In this document: piece by piece, positions 58,642 through 64,000 of the stretch
Layout of the letters: each line of letters opens with the position of its first letter
Position numbering within the stretch: position 1 is the first letter of the stretch
Origin: a virus
Strand: one strand, 5' to 3'
DNA: 64,000 bases
Virus record (IMG/VR): IMGVR_UViG_3300025097_002022
Location: 1 to 64,000 of that record
Made by a program: the position numbers and the translations under genes
Notes under the pieces: model-generated
What the model was told of the DNA's origin: nothing
Database searches by the model: none
Seen by the model: only the letters and a program-made list of their open reading frames with translations

Positions 58642-59187
58642 ATGAGTTTTTGGTCAGACAGAAATTTTGAACCCAAAAGACAGTTTAGATTTAAAGTGGA
58701 GTTCACGCCATTAAAGGGAGAAACATTATCTTTTCTTGCGAAGTCTGTGGATCGTCCATCTTATACTGTTGGTTCAACCCCACACGCATTCTTCAACCAC
58801 ACTTTCCATTTCCCCGGAAGAGTGACTTGGAATACGATAAGTCTCACTCTTGTTGATGCGGTAACTCCAGATGCATCAAGGACGTTGATGGATTACTTGG
58901 CGAATATTGGTTATGCAGATCCTACTTCAACGGCAGCGACTCCAAACTCAAAAGATGGGCAAACAATTACAAAACAAACTGCCACAAACTCTCTTGGAAC
59001 CATCAAAATCATCGAATACGGAACTGAAGAGAAAACAGGAAGTAAGGCAAAAGCACACGGAACTTGGGAATTAAAGAATGCATTTATCACAGATGCAGCA
59101 TTCGGAAGCCTATCTTATGACTCTGAGGAGTTGGTAGATATCACTTTAACTCTTCAATACGATTGGGCAACTTATTCAAGCAGATAA
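58642..59187 (+). CDS. gp19: Tail tube protein (gp19-like)
   Basis: EPKRQFRF, K.V.RP, PGRVTW..I.LT..D, W.L.NAF....FG.L.Y, LTLQYDWA; follows the sheath gene. Confidence 0.85.
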   Translation: MSFWSDRNFEPKRQFRFKVEFTPLKGETLSFLAKSVDRPSYTVGSTPHAFFNHTFHFPGRVTWNTISLTLVDAVTPDASRTLMDYLANIGYADPTSTAATPNSKDGQTITKQTATNSLGTIKIIEYGTEEKTGSKAKAHGTWELKNAFITDAAFGSLSYDSEELVDITLTLQYDWATYSSR

Positions 59188-59197
59188 GAAAGTATCA

Positions 59198-59226
59198 TTT
59201 AACTTTCCCCAGCATCATGCTATAAT
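59198..59226 (+). promoter_or_regulatory. Sigma70-type extended -10 promoter (TTTAAC-N17-TATAAT, with TG upstream of -10)
   Basis: TG at 59218-19, TATAAT at 59221-26, weak -35; no late motif in this gap. Confidence 0.6.
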
Positions 59227-59263
59227 AAAGACATCCACAACACAAACCACACTTGAGGTGTAA

Positions 59264-60121
59264 ATGTCGAGAAATAAAGGACGCACGAAGTCTTCTTCCC
59301 CTGCGCCAGCACAAGCAGTCAAACAGACTGCTCCCACGTCACATGGACTATCTTATGTGACGCCCACGGAGTTCGTTGAACTTCCTTCACGAGGACAGTT
59401 CTATCCCCCAGAACATCCTCTTCATAATCAGGAGACAATCGAACTCCGATTCATGACAGCAAAGGACGAGGACATTCTAACCTCTCCCTCCTTGCTCAAG
59501 AACGGATTAGCAATTGATCGTCTTGTGTCAAACTTAATTGTCGATTCAGACATTCATACCGATGACTTGCTCATTGGAGATAAGAATGCTCTCCTACTTG
59601 CAGCCCGAGTATCTGGATATGGTGCAGAGTATGTTGTTCAAATATCCTGCCCATCCTGTGGCGCTCGAAATGAACACACTTTTGATCTTGCGAACTTCGA
59701 GAACAATGAAGGCATCCACCCTGACGATGATTCTGAAGCTGATGTGTCTATAACTGACAGAGGGACTTTCACTGCAAAGCTTCCCCGCTCCGGCTACACA
59801 GCGGAGTTCCGCCTACTAACGAGCGCAGATGAGACTTATCTCGAAAAAGCAACAACTAAGCTCAAGAAGCTTAATCTCCCAGATGCAACTTCAACGAATT
59901 TGCTTAAGCTCTTGATAGTCACGATAAATGGAGTTGACAATACCAACGAGGTTAGTGCCTTTGTGGACAACATGCCTGCACAAGATGCTCGCTTCCTGAG
60001 ATCTTGCGTTCAGGTAGTTACTCCAAATGTTGACATGACTCAGGCTTGTGAGTGCTCAAGTTGCGGAACTGTATCCGACACGGAGGTGCCGTTTACTTCG
60101 GAGTTTTTTTGGCCTGAGTGA
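59264..60121 (+). CDS. T4 gp26-like baseplate hub/tail assembly chaperone
   Basis: VELPSRG.FY, MTAKDEDIL, DLL.GD...LL..AR..GYG..Y, CPSCG, C..CG, ends FFWP. Confidence 0.8.
   Translation: MSRNKGRTKSSSPAPAQAVKQTAPTSHGLSYVTPTEFVELPSRGQFYPPEHPLHNQETIELRFMTAKDEDILTSPSLLKNGLAIDRLVSNLIVDSDIHTDDLLIGDKNALLLAARVSGYGAEYVVQISCPSCGARNEHTFDLANFENNEGIHPDDDSEADVSITDRGTFTAKLPRSGYTAEFRLLTSADETYLEKATTKLKKLNLPDATSTNLLKLLIVTINGVDNTNEVSAFVDNMPAQDARFLRSCVQVVTPNVDMTQACECSSCGTVSDTEVPFTSEFFWPE
60101..60113 (+). promoter_or_regulatory. Candidate programmed frameshift site GAG-TTT-TTT-T-GGC
   Basis: T7 run at 60104-60110, just before the gp26-like stop; the +1 frame is open through it into the next ORF. Confidence 0.55.
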
Positions 60122-60128
60122 TGAATAT

Positions 60129-60299
60129 ATGAAGAACGTCTATGAACAGTTCTTCTATCTCAAGCATCACGGAGGATGGAGCTTCATCGAGGCTTATAAT
60201 CTTCCAGTTGCCTTGCGAAATTGGTTCGTGAGGAGATTATCAAAACAATTTGAAGACGAGCAGAAAGCAATGGACGATGCCAATAAGAAGGGCAGATAA
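60129..60299 (+). CDS. T4 gp51-like small ORF, possibly expressed as a frameshift extension of 59264..60121
   Basis: YEQFFYLKHHGGWSF.E.YNLP..LR.WF...L; its frame is open upstream across the T7 run; no obvious SD before its ATG. Confidence 0.7.
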   Translation: MKNVYEQFFYLKHHGGWSFIEAYNLPVALRNWFVRRLSKQFEDEQKAMDDANKKGR

Positions 60300-60304
60300 A
60301 TTAG

Positions 60305-60330
60305 ACGGGCAAAAAGCCCGTTTTCTTTTT
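60305..60330 (+). terminator. Rho-independent terminator
   Basis: ACGGGC-AAAAA-GCCCGT followed by TTTCTTTTT. Confidence 0.85.
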
Positions 60331-60337
60331 ATGTGAG

Positions 60338-60345
60338 ACTATTTA
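60338..60345 (+). promoter_or_regulatory. Putative late promoter ACTATTTA(TA)
   Basis: Directly after the terminator; GGAG SD before 60377. Confidence 0.75.
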
Positions 60346-60376
60346 TAACGAGACAGTTTTATGCGGAGAATACATT

Positions 60377-60709
60377 ATGAACAAAGATAACGACTTAATT
60401 TCAATTGATATCAATCTGAACGTCAAAGAAGAAGGCACTCTAAACGAGAGTTGGCTTGCAATGTTCGGCGGAGCAATTGAAACCATCATGGGAGGAATGT
60501 TTGGAGGATCAAGCATTCCCGTGAACGTAAGGGGAACCAGAAAGCAGGTTGACTCTTTTCAGAAGACACTTGGAAGCGAGGCGAGATATCTGAAAGCGAT
60601 GAAGCGCCACGGATTAAAAGATCCGAGAGTCCTTATGGACAAAACGAAATTGGACAGAGCAATCAGAAACTTCGAGTCAGAGACAGGCATCGTTTGGCCA
60701 TTCAAGTAG
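60377..60709 (+). CDS. Hypothetical protein (110 aa) upstream of the tape measure gene
   Basis: ORF with SD and late motif; ends GIVWPFK. Confidence 0.7.
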   Translation: MNKDNDLISIDINLNVKEEGTLNESWLAMFGGAIETIMGGMFGGSSIPVNVRGTRKQVDSFQKTLGSEARYLKAMKRHGLKDPRVLMDKTKLDRAIRNFESETGIVWPFK

Positions 60710-60722
60710 GGGGTAGCTAAGA

Positions 60723-62963
60723 GTGGCAAAAAAGACACCAGCAGAATGGAAAGAAGAGATAGATAATCTCAAAGCCCAAGCTGACGCACTAAAGGTTCTT
60801 GAAGGAGAAACTCAGAAGTATTATGAACTTGAGGTAAAGCTTGCGAACGCTATCGCCGAAAGAGCCAAGGCAACCAAAAATTATGTCCACGGCGCTGAGA
60901 CATATGAAAATAACATTAAGGGCGCCACCGCTGCTCTAGAGGAGCACACTGAAGCCACAACCGCCGCAGAAAAAGCCGGTAAAGACTTCGACAACGCACT
61001 CAAGAAATCAATTAAAACCCTCACAGGGATAACCGACGCATCCGACACCCTTGTTGGCTCTTTTCACAAGATGGCAACGGGACAAAAAAACCTTGCCGGT
61101 GTTGTTGACAAAGTTAAAGAGAGTTTTGATGACGCACTGTCAGGTCAAAAAATTGGTATCTCTATAGCTCAAAAGTTTACGGAAGGAACATTCGCGCTCG
61201 CCAAAGCAAACGACTCCGCTGCTGCGTCGTTCAATAAAGCAACGGGAGCCGGAGGAAGATTCAATAGTCAGATATTCGAATTAGAAAAACAAAACAGGAA
61301 GTTCGGAATCGGGGCAGCAGACTCCGCAGCGGCAATTGGGGATCTTCTTCAAGGACTGTCTGGCTTCGGGCTAATGGCGAGAGACACACAAATGGCTTTG
61401 GCAGATGAAGTTGCCGAATTGGAACGCCTTGGAGCCTCCGGTGGTGATGTGACTGGAGTTTTTCAAACGGCTACCAAAGCTTTCGGACTGAACACCGCCG
61501 CCGCAAAGAAATTAACAACTCAAGCAGAACAGCTTGGGCAAGAACTCGGAATCACCACAGCGCAAGCAATCGGTGACTTGAATAGCACAATGCCGCACCT
61601 CGCTAACTTGACAGGAAATCAGGTTGCACCAGCATTTAAGAGACTTTCGGAACAGGCAATAGAAACAGGCATGTCAATCGATACGCTAACAGGTATCTCA
61701 GATCGCTTTATGACATTCGAAACCGCCTCCACAGCGGCTGGTAATCTAAACGCCGTCCTCGGCACACAGATGTTTGATACAATGGGACTGCTTGAGGCTC
61801 AACTCGAAGGTCCACAAGCTTTCATTGATAAGCTTAGAGCAGATCTTCAAGCATCTGTTGGAGATTTTGACTCACTAAACGTCTATCAGAAGCAATCAAT
61901 CGCGAATGCTTCGGGAATGAGCACACTAGAGCTTAGCAAGTTAATGAATGCCAAAAAATTGACAGCGGAAGAGAAGAAGCAAGCAGAGTCAAGAAAGAAG
62001 AATCTCAAAGCAACAATGGATTTAATGGCTGAGCTTAAAGCACTCGGAGCAGAACTAACTGTTGCATTCGCGCCTGTCATCAAAGGACTTAAAAATGTTC
62101 TCAGTAAAATAGCACAACTCGTTGAAGGATCCGGCAAGCTGGGAGACAAGTTGGGAATTGGATCAAACCTTGGAAAGATAGGCGGTGCAGGTGCCGCAGC
62201 GTTTCTCGCAACCAAGGCGAAAGATAAGATATCCGGCGCTTTGGGCTTCGCTTCCGGCAAGCTTGGCACCAAGAAAAACCCAATGTATATACAAGATGTG
62301 AACGACAAAAACAACAACAACAACAACAATTCGATTAAAGACAAGCTTATGAGCAAAGCAGGGAAGTGGTTTGGGAAAACTAAGTTGGGAAAAAAGGCTT
62401 CAGGACTGAAAGGCTTCCTTGGTAGAAAAATGGGAGGGGCACTGGGTGGTGGAATGCTCGGAGGTATGGCGAGAAAGTTTGGGGGAAAGGGACTCCTCAA
62501 AGGCTTGGCTCGATTTGGTGGAAAGAGCGCCTTGCGCTTTGTCCCAGGGGTTGGGCAGGCAATGATGGCATATGACGCCCTCAGTCTTGCCAAAAGGGGA
62601 TTAACCGGAAAAGGCATGCCAGGAGCAATGTTTCATGACGGAACAAATAGCACTCCCGAAGGACCAATCATCGCTGGCGATGATCCGGGCAATCCCCGCG
62701 CAAAACCAGAGATGATTGTGCCGCCACCCGGCTCTGCAGTCATAAACAATAGCACAATGACAAAACTCGCCAAGCAAGGCGGAGGAAACAATGCAGCAGT
62801 TGTTGCAGCAGTCCAAGCCCTCGGTGCCAAGATGGATCAAATGACGGCGGCAACCAAAGAGAATTCTGGAGACACGGTATTGGAGGTTGATAAGCGAGTA
62901 TTCGCAAAACTGTCGAATGGATACTTCCAGCGAGGCGGAAGTTTCCCAGTAAGGGGAGTATGA
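60723..62963 (+). CDS. Tail tape measure protein
   Basis: Ala/Gly/Lys-rich helical protein of 746 aa with GT..NPMY motif, Gly-rich hydrophobic stretch, and position after the tube/chaperone genes. Confidence 0.75.
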   Translation: MAKKTPAEWKEEIDNLKAQADALKVLEGETQKYYELEVKLANAIAERAKATKNYVHGAETYENNIKGATAALEEHTEATTAAEKAGKDFDNALKKSIKTLTGITDASDTLVGSFHKMATGQKNLAGVVDKVKESFDDALSGQKIGISIAQKFTEGTFALAKANDSAAASFNKATGAGGRFNSQIFELEKQNRKFGIGAADSAAAIGDLLQGLSGFGLMARDTQMALADEVAELERLGASGGDVTGVFQTATKAFGLNTAAAKKLTTQAEQLGQELGITTAQAIGDLNSTMPHLANLTGNQVAPAFKRLSEQAIETGMSIDTLTGISDRFMTFETASTAAGNLNAVLGTQMFDTMGLLEAQLEGPQAFIDKLRADLQASVGDFDSLNVYQKQSIANASGMSTLELSKLMNAKKLTAEEKKQAESRKKNLKATMDLMAELKALGAELTVAFAPVIKGLKNVLSKIAQLVEGSGKLGDKLGIGSNLGKIGGAGAAAFLATKAKDKISGALGFASGKLGTKKNPMYIQDVNDKNNNNNNNSIKDKLMSKAGKWFGKTKLGKKASGLKGFLGRKMGGALGGGMLGGMARKFGGKGLLKGLARFGGKSALRFVPGVGQAMMAYDALSLAKRGLTGKGMPGAMFHDGTNSTPEGPIIAGDDPGNPRAKPEMIVPPPGSAVINNSTMTKLAKQGGGNNAAVVAAVQALGAKMDQMTAATKENSGDTVLEVDKRVFAKLSNGYFQRGGSFPVRGV
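62310..62330 (+). repeat. (AAC)6-AAT microsatellite encoding Asn7 in the tape measure gene
   Basis: Seen directly in the sequence. Confidence 0.85.
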
Positions 62964-62966
62964 TAA

Positions 62967-63566
62967 GTGGCGAACCCTGAAATCGTTAGAAGAGGAATCT
63001 TCGCTGACACATATTCTATTGGCGGATTTGCTGCCAATAGAAACTACATCTTAACCTTCAAGCATGACGCAACCGAACATTCCGTTTCTTTTCCTTCAAA
63101 TATTCAGACATTTAGTGATAGCCACTCTGCCGTAGCTTCCGAGAAAATGTTTGCAGGAAGAATGGACCCTCTCATTCAACAAGCATCAACGGGAAGAAAA
63201 ATCAGCTTTAGTTTCGAAGTTTTAAACTCATCCGTTGAGGAAGCGAGATATAATGAGCAAAGCATTAATCTGCTTCTGCAGATGATGTATCCGGCATTAA
63301 ATACAGAGGGGGGAGTAGAAGCTGGCTCCTATCTTGAGATAAGTGGACTTACTTTCCTAAGAGACACCGATAACAAAAGATCAACAACCTGCTTAGTAAA
63401 TCAAATAAATTATAATCTAAATGTCGATAAAGGATTCATAACCCCAGAATCTGGAGAATTGCATCCGATTAGCATAACTATAGATATCAGCGCTACTGCA
63501 ATTATTCCAACCACTCGCCACGACGCGGACAACCCGATTCCATCCTCCTATCCGAGGTATAGATAA
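62967..63566 (+). CDS. Tail-tube-initiator-like baseplate protein (gp48/gp54-like)
   Basis: F...I..FSDS, GRMDP......T.RKISFSF, L.QMMYP; follows the tape measure gene. Confidence 0.6.
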   Translation: MANPEIVRRGIFADTYSIGGFAANRNYILTFKHDATEHSVSFPSNIQTFSDSHSAVASEKMFAGRMDPLIQQASTGRKISFSFEVLNSSVEEARYNEQSINLLLQMMYPALNTEGGVEAGSYLEISGLTFLRDTDNKRSTTCLVNQINYNLNVDKGFITPESGELHPISITIDISATAIIPTTRHDADNPIPSSYPRYR

Positions 63567-64000
63567 GTGGGATATCAATTTTCAGATATTAAACGCCTCG
63601 GAGATAATTTCTATTTTCCGTTAGGCGTGAGGGATATCTCAAAAGAAAGGAAGTTCAGTCCATTCTCAAGATATGTGTTTCTAAAATCTTATACGGAAGA
63701 GTTTAGTGCAGTTTGGAAAATCCCCGCCACCTCTTTCGGTCGCCTAAATTCAGATTTCAGATATAGTTCCACAAATAGAAAGGCGTCTATGTCATTTGCC
63801 CTCCCTGCTAAAAATGTTGCAGAGGCAAAACAAAATCTGGATTTTTGCACTAAACTGGCACAAATGACATATGGAAACTATTCAGAATCAGGAGAAGAGG
63901 ACACAGTCCTCGGAGATAAGAGATATCGTTTTGATGGAGCAAAGTTGTCAACCAAAGTAAAATTTGGAAACTTAATAAGAGATGAGCTTTGTTTTTTCTC
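63567..64000 (+). CDS. 3'-truncated paralog of 62967..63566 (tube-initiator-like)
   Basis: GTG at 63567, open to the window end; FGRLNS..RYSSTNRKASMSFAL.A.NVAEAKQNL...LAQMTY mirrors the upstream gene. Not in the supplied ORF track. Confidence 0.6.
   Translation, partial: MGYQFSDIKRLGDNFYFPLGVRDISKERKFSPFSRYVFLKSYTEEFSAVWKIPATSFGRLNSDFRYSSTNRKASMSFALPAKNVAEAKQNLDFCTKLAQMTYGNYSESGEEDTVLGDKRYRFDGAKLSTKVKFGNLIRDELCFF

Noticed and set aside
454-63037. Numerous minus-strand and nested ORFs, e.g. 61886..62617, 3857..4366, 25582..26064, 52032..52517
   Set aside because: All lie within convincing plus-strand genes, show no recognisable motifs and look like antisense or off-frame shadows.
1-64000. 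Stop-codon reassignment as in some large phages
   Set aside because: Conserved genes are intact in the standard code, and TAA, TGA and TAG all end genes at sensible boundaries.

Overview
This 64-kb window is a gene-dense, entirely plus-strand segment of a large T4-related (jumbo-type) contractile-tailed dsDNA phage read in the standard genetic code. Gene order is: 5'-truncated M15 peptidase and spike-like gene; baseplate block (gp25, gp6, a 3028-aa LamG/gp7-like protein, several paralogous baseplate proteins, a J-domain gene inserted among them); a PcfJ-like/LRV-repeat protein; a recombination/replication island (RuvC-like resolvase, primase, fused Mre11-Rad50/SbcD-SbcC) behind sigma70-type promoters; a holin plus spanin-like trio; terminase and portal; a DUF1360-like gene, a 20-aa micro-ORF, prohead protease and a phage-encoded ribosomal protein bS21; head decoration/fibre genes; scaffold, major capsid protein, neck, tail terminator, sheath and tube; gp26/gp51-like genes; tape measure; and tube-initiator-like genes. 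No tRNA, rRNA, CRISPR array, intron or transposase was seen. The most notable unexplained signals are four. (1) A T7 slippery site would fuse the gp26-like and gp51-like ORFs by a +1/-2 shift, at the position where tail-assembly-chaperone frameshifts normally occur. (2) An [S/T]-[G/A/S]-S tripeptide is enriched in outward-facing virion proteins, a candidate modification sequon. (3) A repeated ACTATTTA late-promoter motif contrasts with apparently leaderless sigma70 early transcripts. (4) A probable capsid-packaged PcfJ/LRV protein carries protease-type motifs at both ends. All product calls come from motif recognition and synteny; no database searches were run.
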